Made by a program: the position numbers and the translations under genes. The notes beneath the pieces were generated by a model that was given only the letters and a program-made list of their open reading frames with translations, made no database searches and was not told the origin of the DNA. 36,395 nucleotides of DNA from a virus. Position 1 is the first letter of the stretch, and every line of letters begins with the position of its first letter. The stretch spans positions 1 to 36,395 of IMG/VR virus record IMGVR_UViG_3300038701_002087, one strand, 5' to 3'. Below are positions 15,927 through 25,202 of the stretch, piece after piece.

Positions 15927-16661
15927 TTAAGTAAATTCAGTTATTCTTACAGCTCCTGTTGCAGTATCTGCCACCCAGATACCATCAACTATTCCAGTGT
16001 ATTTAAATGGCAATTCCAGATATCCCCTTTGTTCAACTGGGAGCATGAAACTTGTTGTGGAAGCTGTTGCTCCACATTTTAAATAAAGAGTAGATGTGGA
16101 ATCATTGTAGAAAGTGGCCCCCTTTCTATTTGCATTTGCTGCAAGTAGAGTCGTACTTACAGCTGTATCGCTAACACTTGTTGTTGTTCCAGTGTCAGAA
16201 TTCCCACCCAATGCATCAATAATATCATCTTGTTTTGCTTCAGTGGCAGGAGCTGCAATGACTTTAGCAAGCAATGCAGCAAGAGTAGTTTGTGTAGCGA
16301 AGTCTTTGCCATCAAGGTCCTGAAGTTCGGTTATGATGTCATCCTGCTTAGCTTCTGTAGCTGGTGCTGCTATAAGTTTGGCCAACACAGCAGCGAGCGT
16401 AGCCTGCGTTGCATAATCCTTTGCAACCAAAGATTGGAGCTCTGTTATCGAATCATCTTGTTTGGCCTCTGTAGCGAAACCGGTGATGGCGGCAGGCGGA
16501 GTGAGGGTAAGAACTTGATCCTCTGGTAGCGGATAGCTATCGGGGAAATTCAATACATTCACATCTCCCCCACCGCCACCACCGCCAAAATTAACGGGGT
16601 CCCCGTTGACGTCATAGACAATGACACGTATTGGCAAATTGGCTTCGTGAGTTTGAGACAT
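15927..16661 (-). CDS. Repeat-containing fibre or decoration protein.
   Basis: Gly7 tract, then about 2.3 copies of a 38-aa unit (ATEAKQDD.ITELQ.L..KD.ATQ.TLAA.LAK.IAAP), then a beta-rich C-terminal domain. Confidence 0.45.
   Translation of the reverse strand: MSQTHEANLPIRVIVYDVNGDPVNFGGGGGGGDVNVLNFPDSYPLPEDQVLTLTPPAAITGFATEAKQDDSITELQSLVAKDYATQATLAAVLAKLIAAPATEAKQDDIITELQDLDGKDFATQTTLAALLAKVIAAPATEAKQDDIIDALGGNSDTGTTTSVSDTAVSTTLLAANANRKGATFYNDSTSTLYLKCGATASTTSFMLPVEQRGYLELPFKYTGIVDGIWVADTATGAVRITEFT
16212..16475 (-). repeat. Tandem 114-bp (38-codon) repeat, about 2.3 copies, inside CDS 15927..16661.
   Basis: Unit starts at residues 63, 101 and 139 of the translated protein. Confidence 0.8.
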
Positions 16662-16976
16662 TTAAAAGGTGGCTATAATTTCATAATCTACAGTGCCAGC
16701 ACTCGACTTAATCGTAATGGCTTCAATAGTTACTGGTAAGTATAAAGGGGTTTGATACTCAACAGTATAGAAAACAGAACCCCCATCTAAGGATATAAGA
16801 AGATTATTTGTTCCACCTGTATCACGATTTTGAATCATAAGACCAGTAGAAATCTTTGAGACACCAGCAGAAGCAACTGTAATATCTGCAGGCGTTGTAG
16901 TAGCAGTGCCATTCAAATGAACAGGCATACCACCACAAGAGGCCACTCTTCTAGGTTTATTAATTTCAGCTTCCAT
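16662..16976 (-). CDS. Hypothetical beta-rich structural protein.
   Basis: 104 aa, abutting the next gene. Its C-terminal pattern is loosely similar to the C-terminus of 15927..16661. Confidence 0.4.
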   Translation of the reverse strand: MEAEINKPRRVASCGGMPVHLNGTATTTPADITVASAGVSKISTGLMIQNRDTGGTNNLLISLDGGSVFYTVEYQTPLYLPVTIEAITIKSSAGTVDYEIIATF

Positions 16977-16993
16977 ATTTTATAATGGGTTAA

Positions 16994-17326
16994 TTATTTA
17001 GCACGACTTGGTGCATCTTCTTCTTTTACTTCAACTTTCTCTTTAGGCTTTTCTGATTTCTTTTTCTTTTCTGTGGTAGCCTTTTTCAAAAGTGCTTCAG
17101 CTTCAGCATCTGCCTTAGCATCAAGCTCTTTCATCCTACTTCCTTTGATATCTAGTCCGGGGTCTTTACCCTCATAAACTACAATGTCATTTGGAAACTT
17201 CTGGCAAAGAACAGCAGCACGTTTAGCTAGACGTGGCTCTAAAACCTCATCAATGTAAACAACACCTTTAGGTAAGATAGTGTAACTATCAGCTGCTATT
17301 GCAGTGGCTTTGATAAATACTTTCAT
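16994..17326 (-). CDS. Hypothetical protein with a Lys/Glu-rich tail, downstream of the capsid gene.
   Basis: ORF of 110 aa ending in KKATTEKKKKSEKPKEKVEVKEED. Confidence 0.45.
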   Translation of the reverse strand: MKVFIKATAIAADSYTILPKGVVYIDEVLEPRLAKRAAVLCQKFPNDIVVYEGKDPGLDIKGSRMKELDAKADAEAEALLKKATTEKKKKSEKPKEKVEVKEEDAPSRAK

Positions 17327-17362
17327 AGTTTTAATTATAATTATTTATAAAATAAGAATGAA

Positions 17363-17382
17363 GGCCAAGGTTGCCCAAGGCC
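17363..17382 (-). terminator. Hairpin terminator or attenuator after the major capsid gene.
   Basis: ggcc-aa-gg ttgc cc-aa-ggcc hairpin, followed on the minus strand by TTCATTCTTATTTTAT. Confidence 0.45.
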
Positions 17383-17401
17383 CACATCTTATATTCAAGG
17401 A

Positions 17402-18562
17402 CTAGGTAATACCATAGATACGAGCAAAGTCAGTTGCTGTATCTTTAATTCTTAAACTGAATTGACCCTCAAGGGTTTCAACGAAAGTACGGCTATTCCC
17501 TGGTTCCTCTGCATAACGTAGCATGTCATCTTTAAACCAAGTCTTACCCATCTTGCGAGTGTTCACAATGTAGGCTTCACCATGAGCATGTCGAAGCAAA
17601 GGATCAGCAATGACAGCGATTCGGCCAACACCTTCACCTTCATAGAAATCAACCAGAGTACCAGCTGTTTTTTCTAAACGATCAACACGAGTTTGTACAC
17701 CAGCAGAAGCAGTGGCATTGAAACCATTGACAACACTTTTAACATCTGGTGAACAGATCATTGCATCTGGTGTACCACCACGTTTAGCAACAGTTAAAAG
17801 AGTACTTTTAAGGATTGCTTCAGTGAAAGGACCAGCTGCATTCACATTAATATTATCTGCACTTGCTGAGATGAAATGACGAAGACCACCAGCAGAACGT
17901 GGTAGAGTCTTTGAACCTACAGCAGCAACACCGAACAAGGCTGAGTTGTTCATCTTTCGAAGAGCACGGCTCATAGCTTTAGTACGAGCTTCATCCATTT
18001 TGTCTTGGACATCTTCATATTTCTGATTCTTTGAAGTCTTTGTAACATTGATAGGCTCTTCAACAATTTGAAAATAGTTTTTAGTTTCAACATTGTCTTC
18101 CAAGATAGCATCACCATCAACAGTTCCTTCAACATGAGCAGAACCTACAATGTAGATTACAGCATCAGCCAAATGAGCTGCGGCAGTAGTACCACCATGA
18201 CCACGAGCAAATACATCGATAGTAGCAGAATCAACTGTTCTATCAACTGCACTGACAACAAGCCACTCATCATCAACACGGATTTCATCTCCTATGTTAA
18301 TTACAGCAGCAGTTTCATTGGTGATTACCAAACCAGTAGTATCACCGATATTCCAACCGCCAAGACGAACTGCACCCTCTAGAGAGTTAGTGACAGCATC
18401 GTACCATTTGATAGTTTGGGTTTCACCCATTCCATCTTCTTGAAAAAGATCCCACGTAGTAGTCAAGCGAGGCTCGACTAGCATTGCGAAACCTTTTACT
18501 TCTTCATCAAGAAAGGCGCTATCATATGTAGCAAACTTTCCAATAGTAGTAGTTAAAGGCAT
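17402..18562 (-). CDS. Major capsid protein, probably HK97-fold.
   Basis: 386 aa, directly after the scaffold gene and flanked by terminator-like hairpins. Composition and length are typical of major capsid proteins. Confidence 0.8.
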   Translation of the reverse strand: MPLTTTIGKFATYDSAFLDEEVKGFAMLVEPRLTTTWDLFQEDGMGETQTIKWYDAVTNSLEGAVRLGGWNIGDTTGLVITNETAAVINIGDEIRVDDEWLVVSAVDRTVDSATIDVFARGHGGTTAAAHLADAVIYIVGSAHVEGTVDGDAILEDNVETKNYFQIVEEPINVTKTSKNQKYEDVQDKMDEARTKAMSRALRKMNNSALFGVAAVGSKTLPRSAGGLRHFISASADNINVNAAGPFTEAILKSTLLTVAKRGGTPDAMICSPDVKSVVNGFNATASAGVQTRVDRLEKTAGTLVDFYEGEGVGRIAVIADPLLRHAHGEAYIVNTRKMGKTWFKDDMLRYAEEPGNSRTFVETLEGQFSLRIKDTATDFARIYGIT

Positions 18563-18612
18563 AGCTTTAAATTAGTTATTTAAATATAGCTATGCTCCCT
18601 TTTTTTATCTAA

Positions 18613-19278
18613 CTATGTAGACGCGGCGGCGATCATTCGAACTAACTTTGAAACTTTAGATGCTTCCACTGCATTCAAATGGCCAGTACTTTCTCTCTTT
18701 GCCTTTAGTTCAGCAAGTTCATTCTTAGCCTTTTCTAATTCATTCAATGCCATCTCATCATCCGTTTTCGGAAGAGCTGGTGTTGAATTATTAATCTTGG
18801 CTTGTTCAGAATAAAGGAAAGATTGATTGGCAATTATATAGTCTAACTTTTGTTGAGTTGTGAAATCATCTGGAATCAAAGATCTTTTACTCTCATCCAC
18901 TTTATTAAGTTCAACATCAAGATATTTTTGAAGAGTTCCATTCATCTTGTCAAGACTTTCAGCTTTAGTTAAAAGTTCAGACTTTTCAGTTTTCAAACTA
19001 TCAATAACATCTTGAAATTTTCCATCTTCCAAAGCCTTTTCTTCTTCTCGTTTCTTTTCAGCTTCTTGATATTCTTTAAGTTTATCTTCAGCTGTCTTAG
19101 TACGAGCATACATCTGATCCCATTTATCTTTAGGAACTTCAATGTTCGATTTAGCCTCGGGTGTTTGAGGAGTAGTTGATTGATCAGCACCTTTATTTTC
19201 AGGAGCATCTGGCGTTTGAACTGCGCCGACAGCACCAGCTTGAGCATCACCACTGGCAGGTGTAGTTTGGTCTGACAT
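18613..19278 (-). CDS. Scaffolding protein.
   Basis: 221 aa, acidic, predicted coiled coil (KLKEYQEAEKKREEEKALEDGK...). It lies immediately upstream of the capsid gene. Confidence 0.65.
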   Translation of the reverse strand: MSDQTTPASGDAQAGAVGAVQTPDAPENKGADQSTTPQTPEAKSNIEVPKDKWDQMYARTKTAEDKLKEYQEAEKKREEEKALEDGKFQDVIDSLKTEKSELLTKAESLDKMNGTLQKYLDVELNKVDESKRSLIPDDFTTQQKLDYIIANQSFLYSEQAKINNSTPALPKTDDEMALNELEKAKNELAELKAKRESTGHLNAVEASKVSKLVRMIAAAST

Positions 19279-19387
19279 ATTTTTTTAGGTTAAATATTTT
19301 AGACATACGTTTTAAGAGATCGTAAAACTCCAGATTTTTTAAGGCTGGTTATCTCCAGCTTTTTAAGATTTTTTCACACACATATTT

Positions 19388-19396
19388 ATTATAACA
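19388..19396 (-). promoter_or_regulatory. Extended -10 element (TGTTATAAT on the minus strand) upstream of the scaffold gene.
   Basis: Plus strand reads attataaca. The -35 element is poor. Confidence 0.25.
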
Positions 19397-19451
19397 CAAT
19401 GATACTAAAAGGAAAATCATTTATAGATCAGTTTCTTTTAGTTAGTAAAGA

Positions 19452-19483
19452 ACGAATAAAAGCCAGCTATCACAGAGGCTGGT
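19452..19483 (-). terminator. Putative intrinsic terminator after the Mu F-like gene.
   Basis: ccagc (19463-19467) pairs with gctgg (19478-19482). The minus strand continues TTTTATTCGTT. Confidence 0.4.
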
Positions 19484-19600
19484 GAGGCTGTCGCCCTTCA
19501 TTTTGAGAAAGTATTTGACCTCCCCAGCACCCATGATAACTGACTAATGTTCAAGGCTCGCTATCCCTAGAAAGTTAGCAAACTAATTATAACATAAAGG

Positions 19601-20398
19601 TTAAGACAGATCAGGCCTCAAAGAAAGACTATGTTTACAATTTGGATGGATAGGCATGTCTGGGGGCTTTGGATATTCCTTGCCATCAAGAGCGAACAAC
19701 TCACCTTGTACATCTAGGCATGGCTGATCTTTAACATTAGCATGCGTACTCATCTCTAAAACATTGACACCTAACTGTCTAGCCCTTGATATGGCAGCTT
19801 CATTTGCTGCCTTAATAACATGTGTCCTTGTGAGCATTTCAGAGTAAGCATCTAAAGACCACACACTTCCATTCCTTGCAACGAATGTAGTGAAGCCCTG
19901 CTTCCCTAAAAGCCTACTAACATTCTTTGTGATCTTAGGTATTGACACACCACCCCCTGCCCCTTCAGCTATCTTATTTGCCAACTGCTCTTTTAGTGTC
20001 AGCCTCAATGCCTGTCCAGCAGCCTTACGAGCCCCAGCTAATCCAGAGCCGAAATCCACCTTAGCATCAGACACTATTAAAGCAATCTCCTCCTTCAGAG
20101 CTGGCGATAACTTCACTCCTCTTAAACTGGCAGGCAAAGCTGAGTCTGCAGTCTCTACAGCATATGTGTATACCTCAGGTAGAATTTCATCAAGTATTTC
20201 ATCTGTTATCTTCTGTGTATTATCTATGATGACATCAATCTCATTCATTGCCTTATCGATCTTGGCAATGTCAAGCTTAGCTGAAATATACAATAAGATT
20301 ACATTCCTCATCTCATTTCCAGCTTCTTCATAAACATCACCAACCTGCTCAGCCATGTCCTCTGACATCTTATCTAATTGTTCGTCTTGACTTGGCAT
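19601..20398 (-). CDS. Head morphogenesis / minor capsid protein (Mu F / SPP1 gp7-like).
   Basis: C-terminal PIHPNCKHSL matches the P-x-H-P-N-C-(R/K)-C-type signature of the family. The gene follows the portal. Confidence 0.75.
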   Translation of the reverse strand: MPSQDEQLDKMSEDMAEQVGDVYEEAGNEMRNVILLYISAKLDIAKIDKAMNEIDVIIDNTQKITDEILDEILPEVYTYAVETADSALPASLRGVKLSPALKEEIALIVSDAKVDFGSGLAGARKAAGQALRLTLKEQLANKIAEGAGGGVSIPKITKNVSRLLGKQGFTTFVARNGSVWSLDAYSEMLTRTHVIKAANEAAISRARQLGVNVLEMSTHANVKDQPCLDVQGELFALDGKEYPKPPDMPIHPNCKHSLSLRPDLS

Positions 20399-20399
20399 A

Positions 20400-20642
20400 T
20401 TAAAGTGGGATTGATAATGCTAAACGAACAAAGAATACAACTGAAAACAAAAACAAGAGGAATGAACAAAAGATAAAGAATGCAATTGCAAACAACTTAA
20501 GCAGATTGAGCTTACCATCAACTGATGCTACTGAATCTTTCACTGCATCAAACATACCAATTTCATCATACCTTTGAAAGGTGGTAGGTGTCTCTTGCTT
20601 ATGCTCTAATCGTTTAAAGTTCTTGGTCTCTGTCTTTGTCAT
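20400..20642 (-). CDS. Small protein with a C-terminal TM anchor.
   Basis: FAIAFFIFCSFLLFLFSVVFFV hydrophobic segment. Confidence 0.35.
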   Translation of the reverse strand: MTKTETKNFKRLEHKQETPTTFQRYDEIGMFDAVKDSVASVDGKLNLLKLFAIAFFIFCSFLLFLFSVVFFVRLALSIPL

Positions 20643-20898
20643 ATGGAGTTAAATTAAGGAATAAGTTGCGCTGCATATTGAAATAAATCACATTCATCTG
20701 AGTATCTGTCAGATGACCACTCATTGACATTCCTGTGCTTAGTAATTGATTTTTTGAATCAAGCGCGCCCCAATTACAAATCATATCTGCACCTAACTCT
20801 TTCTTGACCAACTTAACATAGGCATCACTTATTGCCTGCATCTTCCTTGCGTTCTTTTCATTTATCATTTTCCTTAAGATTATTTGAATCCTCCCCAC
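20614..20898 (-). CDS. Hypothetical protein, start uncertain.
   Basis: The ORF overlaps the portal 3' end by 41 nt. Internal Met codons would reduce the overlap. Confidence 0.35.
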   Translation of the reverse strand: MGRIQIILRKMINEKNARKMQAISDAYVKLVKKELGADMICNWGALDSKNQLLSTGMSMSGHLTDTQMNVIYFNMQRNLFLNLTPYDKDRDQEL

Positions 20899-22309
20899 CT
20901 AAAGATACTGTAGTTTTCTTATCCGATTCCTTTTTTAAATTTGTCTTTGTTTTATTGTTAAATGAAGGAAGAATAGGCTGACTCTCTTGATCAATCAAAT
21001 CCAATTCACCGTCAAGCTCTTCATCATAAATGTCTTGCAACTCTTTGATCGCTTTACGTTTAGATTTCAATCCACCGATTACCTGCTCATTCAAACGCTC
21101 TGTCAATAAGTTTTCATCAATAGGCAATGCGTCAGTCCATTTAACTCTAATGTCAAACTTGTCCTTTCCTGCTGGCAGAGGAACACCTTTCAAGACTAAG
21201 GCAAGATTCATCATGTTGATAATGACCTGCTCCATATATATTCTTTTTCGACTCACCTTCCTCAATGTACTAAACAGTTTGATCCTCATTGCCTCTGGCT
21301 TCTCAGCTCCACCCTTTCCAGGGTAGCCCATCTCTTCAGCTGGTATCTTAGTAATAGATGAGATCATCAAAATCAACTTGTCTAATTGCTCAAACCCTGA
21401 ACTAATAAGAGGGTTAGCATTGGTAATGTACTGAGGCATCTTGTCACCATCACCGACTTCGAAGATATCACTACTCTCTACTTTAATATCACCCTCTGAG
21501 CTCAGCGTTCCATTAGGCACTGCAATCCTAGCCTTCATATGTTTAATCAACTGCACACTAATCTGAGTCACACGATTGTTCACCTCTTCAAACAAAGGCT
21601 CAGGATCTTTATAGTCTGACTTACCAAACATTGACTTGCTACTCTTGGCATTATTGATTTGGAATACCGGGATTATAGGTTGGCCAGTGTCCATAATATC
21701 AGACTCAATATCATTTAAATATTCAGTCACTGGGACCTGGACAGTTGGCTCCTTATTCGTATTAACCTTCCATAGTTCATGCTTAAGCATGACAGTCTTA
21801 CCCTCATGATAATATATCTGTTTGTACAATAGTTTGAACTTTTTCCCGGTCAAAGTGCTAACAAGAGTGATGTAGCTGGCCAACACGATGCTACCATCAG
21901 CTTGAGGGAAGTATTGATCAACTGGGATCTCTTCAATGATTACCTTTTCCTTTTCATCAATGCGTACGCGGAATACACTGAACCCACTCTTACTTGTGGT
22001 GATTGAACTTTCATAGAAGGCAACATCAAGTGAGTTGTCTGAATAGATTTCATTGACCGCCCCTTGAACCTTCTCATCATCTGAATCAATGAATATACCA
22101 TCAGCCACCACCATGTCAGCATAATACTCACTGATCAATGCTGGTAGGTTCACTGCAATGTACATCTTCTTGTTCTTCTCTGTGCCATCAACGAAGTAAT
22201 CCTTGATGCCAAACAAAGCGAAATGCTCACCATTATAAAGTTCCTCATATCTTTTGAGGGAGTCAATTCGTTTCTTCTCTTTATCATTTGGAAATTTTAA
22301 AACCGCCAT
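20858..22309 (-). CDS. Portal protein.
   Basis: 483 aa, located between the large terminase and the Mu F-like gene. Confidence 0.7.
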   Translation of the reverse strand: MAVLKFPNDKEKKRIDSLKRYEELYNGEHFALFGIKDYFVDGTEKNKKMYIAVNLPALISEYYADMVVADGIFIDSDDEKVQGAVNEIYSDNSLDVAFYESSITTSKSGFSVFRVRIDEKEKVIIEEIPVDQYFPQADGSIVLASYITLVSTLTGKKFKLLYKQIYYHEGKTVMLKHELWKVNTNKEPTVQVPVTEYLNDIESDIMDTGQPIIPVFQINNAKSSKSMFGKSDYKDPEPLFEEVNNRVTQISVQLIKHMKARIAVPNGTLSSEGDIKVESSDIFEVGDGDKMPQYITNANPLISSGFEQLDKLILMISSITKIPAEEMGYPGKGGAEKPEAMRIKLFSTLRKVSRKRIYMEQVIINMMNLALVLKGVPLPAGKDKFDIRVKWTDALPIDENLLTERLNEQVIGGLKSKRKAIKELQDIYDEELDGELDLIDQESQPILPSFNNKTKTNLKKESDKKTTVSLGGEDSNNLKENDK

Positions 22310-22355
22310 CTTTTGATTGTGTTAAGTATTTATATTATACGGCATTTGACAAAGT

Positions 22356-23810
22356 TTAGAAAGCAACCTTTGACTTCACCATCCTTGTCTTGCCCTTGCC
22401 AAGCAGTCCTTCAATACAATCAATCACCCCATCAACCAGATCATCATGTGGCTCAGTTCCGAATCCAACCAACTGATCTACCATGTCTCTATGTCGTCTT
22501 CTGAAGTATACACGCTCATTCTCAATATGATGAGACACACTGATCAATCGAACACGCTTACTTGCCTTACGAGTCAAGCCACGCACTGGCATGCTATGGT
22601 CATTCTTAAGATCTTGTATCAGCCAGTTCTGAGCAGCCACATCCTCAACGTATACAGTGATTGGTCTCCATACTCGATCCATCCTTGCTGCCTCACTCTT
22701 GATCTTCTTATAGCTCAACTTAGCTTTCACATAGTCTAGTATGTATACATATCCAGTCACCCTGTCAAGAGCAGCTGCTACTATCGTTGTGTCATCATGT
22801 TGTGCTCCATCTTTGACCGCGGGATCAATTGCCATCACAATCTTAAATCGCTTCTCATTGAACCAATCATAGTTTGTGTTATAGTACTTGATCCAATCTT
22901 CATAGATGACTGAGTCAGCATTTGACATAGGCTTGAGTCTATACTCCTGGTTATAGACATGAGTCCCCTTATCCTTTCTAATCTCTTCAAGGCTGATCTT
23001 CCATTGAGCACGCGGCTTATTGCGATTGAATGATTCAGCTTCAGCAGCAGTGAAGGTATGCCGAGCAGGCCATGCCAACTTGCCACCTTGCTCTATGGCG
23101 AGCCAGTGAGTCTTCCATACTTCCCCCATCTTCCTTAAGCGAGGAGGGAGACTGTCCGCATGTAACATGTTACCAAGTATCACTGCTTTACCTACAACTT
23201 GATCAATGCCTGAAAGCACTTCACTCTTTAGCCACACGTCAGCCTTGTCCCTCTGCTCTCTAGATTCAATGTTACGTATACCTTGAAGATCATCACCGAT
23301 AAAAAGATCGGGACGCATTGCATTGTGCAAGTGACCCCGAACCTTCTGACCAACACCACGTGCCCACACTCTGATGTCATTAGTCGTAACGAAGTTCTTA
23401 TCAGTCTTCTTCTTCGCCTTCTTATATCGCCCCATCTTCTCGAAGTACAACGCACCGAAATCATTATTGAGCAGTGTGTTACCCTGAAGTTCTTGAATGA
23501 TGTTAGAGAGGATGGCAACGGCCGCTCCTTCCTCATCTGATCCAATGATAATGAAGTTGCTCTTCTTATAAGCAATGCGCCATATCGAATAGACAATCGA
23601 GATGAATGATGTCTTCCCTGCATCACGAAACATACAAACAAGGAGACGCTTGCAATCATCATCGTATAGGTCCTTCTCTATCGCCTTGTGAAAGTCTGCG
23701 AAGGCATAGCGTACGAAGTGCGGAAAGTATATCAACATGAAGACCAGGATGTTCTGCCTTCCAGCTTCAACTCTCCATGATCTCTTTGTTAATATCTTTT
23801 CGAATTTCAT
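22356..23810 (-). CDS. terL: Terminase large subunit.
   Basis: Walker A-like FRDAGKTS, Walker B-like DLFIGDDLQ, and a C-terminal nuclease-like half (AIDPA..., YVEDVAAQ). Confidence 0.85.
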   Translation of the reverse strand: MKFEKILTKRSWRVEAGRQNILVFMLIYFPHFVRYAFADFHKAIEKDLYDDDCKRLLVCMFRDAGKTSFISIVYSIWRIAYKKSNFIIIGSDEEGAAVAILSNIIQELQGNTLLNNDFGALYFEKMGRYKKAKKKTDKNFVTTNDIRVWARGVGQKVRGHLHNAMRPDLFIGDDLQGIRNIESREQRDKADVWLKSEVLSGIDQVVGKAVILGNMLHADSLPPRLRKMGEVWKTHWLAIEQGGKLAWPARHTFTAAEAESFNRNKPRAQWKISLEEIRKDKGTHVYNQEYRLKPMSNADSVIYEDWIKYYNTNYDWFNEKRFKIVMAIDPAVKDGAQHDDTTIVAAALDRVTGYVYILDYVKAKLSYKKIKSEAARMDRVWRPITVYVEDVAAQNWLIQDLKNDHSMPVRGLTRKASKRVRLISVSHHIENERVYFRRRHRDMVDQLVGFGTEPHDDLVDGVIDCIEGLLGKGKTRMVKSKVAF

Positions 23811-24172
23811 TCATTGGATTTGTAGAGGGCACTATTGATTGCGTCTTGTATATTCGTACTCTCTTCAGTGGTCACATCATCTGGACTCTCTCGGTTATCT
23901 TCAAAGGTGATATCCTGCTTATTGGCAAACAACTTATCAACTAACTTATTCAAAGTCTTCTCAGATCCAGAAAGAGCAAGTGCAGCGAATACATGCTTTG
24001 CTCCTTTACGTTTCTTCTTTTGCTTAACTAACCTCTCCAGTTCTTCTTCATCATAATCACCTTCCCAAATCTGATCTAAGAACTTTGCGTCCTTAGCTTC
24101 TTGATAGGCAGACTTACGGCCTCCCCCTTTATTTCCCAATGCGTTTTTCTTACCTGTATTACCGTGTGCCAT
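23807..24172 (-). CDS. Terminase small subunit candidate.
   Basis: The N-terminal GNKGGGRKSAY pattern is common in small terminases. Its stop overlaps the terL start as ATGA. Confidence 0.5.
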   Translation of the reverse strand: MAHGNTGKKNALGNKGGGRKSAYQEAKDAKFLDQIWEGDYDEEELERLVKQKKKRKGAKHVFAALALSGSEKTLNKLVDKLFANKQDITFEDNRESPDDVTTEESTNIQDAINSALYKSNE

Positions 24173-24204
24173 AAAAATAAGTTTATACTTAAATATACTT
24201 TATA

Positions 24205-24402
24205 CTATGCGCCCTTCTTTTGTACAGCTTTCTTTTTCTTTTTTAACTTTCGATTCTCTTTGATCAATGCGTCATGATCTTCTTCCAACAAACGAAGTCG
24301 GCCAAAGACTTGATTGAATGCCTCGGCAAACAGGAGCTTCATTGGCACTTCAAACTTTGTAGCATCCTCAACCATCTCTTCAAATGTATTATACACTTTC
24401 AT
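24205..24402 (-). CDS. Hypothetical protein.
   Basis: 65-aa ORF, tightly packed. Confidence 0.45.
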   Translation of the reverse strand: MKVYNTFEEMVEDATKFEVPMKLLFAEAFNQVFGRLRLLEEDHDALIKENRKLKKKKKAVQKKGA

Positions 24403-24403
24403 A

Positions 24404-24670
24404 TTATTTCTTTTTAGGTTCGCTTTGCTTAATCGTATAGTCAGTCAAACATTGTTCAAGTGTCTTATCACTCTCAGGGATCAATTCAATGTTAGCCTGG
24501 ATACTTTGAGGGCCAGTCTTCAAGACAGGCACAATACGAACCTGAGCCTTCTCTTGCAACTCACGTATGCCATCTTGAACATACTTCATCCTTTCCCCCA
24601 TCTTCTCTTTATATTCTTCATCCCTTTTCTTTTTTGCATCCAATGCAATCTTTTCTTTATCCAAACTCAT
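24404..24670 (-). CDS. Hypothetical protein.
   Basis: 88-aa ORF, tightly packed. Confidence 0.45.
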   Translation of the reverse strand: MSLDKEKIALDAKKKRDEEYKEKMGERMKYVQDGIRELQEKAQVRIVPVLKTGPQSIQANIELIPESDKTLEQCLTDYTIKQSEPKKK

Positions 24671-24671
24671 A

Positions 24672-25034
24672 TTATTGTTGTTTTAAAATAAATAAAATTT
24701 CTGGCAACTGATCATCATCCACATAAGCCACTTGGTAATTCACACTCTTTATAACTGCCTCCTTATCTAGACAAGAGTTCTTCAGTATATCAATCATAGC
24801 ATCTATCACCTCGCCTGGTTTCTTCTCACGCTTCAGAATGGCTGTCAGGGAAAGCTCAACCTCTCCTGTGATAGTTTCTTTGATTTGCTTCTTTACAGTG
24901 GTCTCAGCATTTATAGTCCATAGAGATCGTTTATTGACCATATAGATCACTGGATTATTATTTGAATCCCGAGTGATCTTCCAAAAATCCCTACGTGAGG
25001 GAGGCTCACCTATAATTTGACCTCGTACTTGCAT
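24672..25034 (-). CDS. Hypothetical protein.
   Basis: 120-aa ORF. I saw a weak resemblance to RusA-type resolvases but could not support it. Confidence 0.45.
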   Translation of the reverse strand: MQVRGQIIGEPPSRRDFWKITRDSNNNPVIYMVNKRSLWTINAETTVKKQIKETITGEVELSLTAILKREKKPGEVIDAMIDILKNSCLDKEAVIKSVNYQVAYVDDDQLPEILFILKQQ

Positions 25035-25170
25035 GATTGGTTTTTCTAGATATTAATCCAAAAGTAACACGATTCACATCATCCAAAAAATCAATGTCCT
25101 TACTATAAGTTGTAGTCAAGGCAAGCATAATCTCTTCACATGTGAGTATTTTCTTTGGTTCGTTTTCCAT
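25006..25170 (-). CDS. Possible small ORF, 54 aa.
   Basis: Hand translation gives MENEPKKILTCEEIMLALTTTYSKDIDFLDD... It overlaps the next gene by 29 nt. Confidence 0.2.
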   Translation of the reverse strand: MENEPKKILTCEEIMLALTTTYSKDIDFLDDVNRVTFGLISRKTNHASTRSNYR

Positions 25171-25202
25171 TGTATTTATTATTATTGTGACTTGAAACCA
25201 CT

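Noticed and set aside
15927-16661. Diversity-generating retroelement (DGR) targeting the repeat-containing fibre gene.
   Set aside because: No RT and no template-repeat/variable-repeat pair with adenine-specific differences. The repeats are simple in-frame tandem units.
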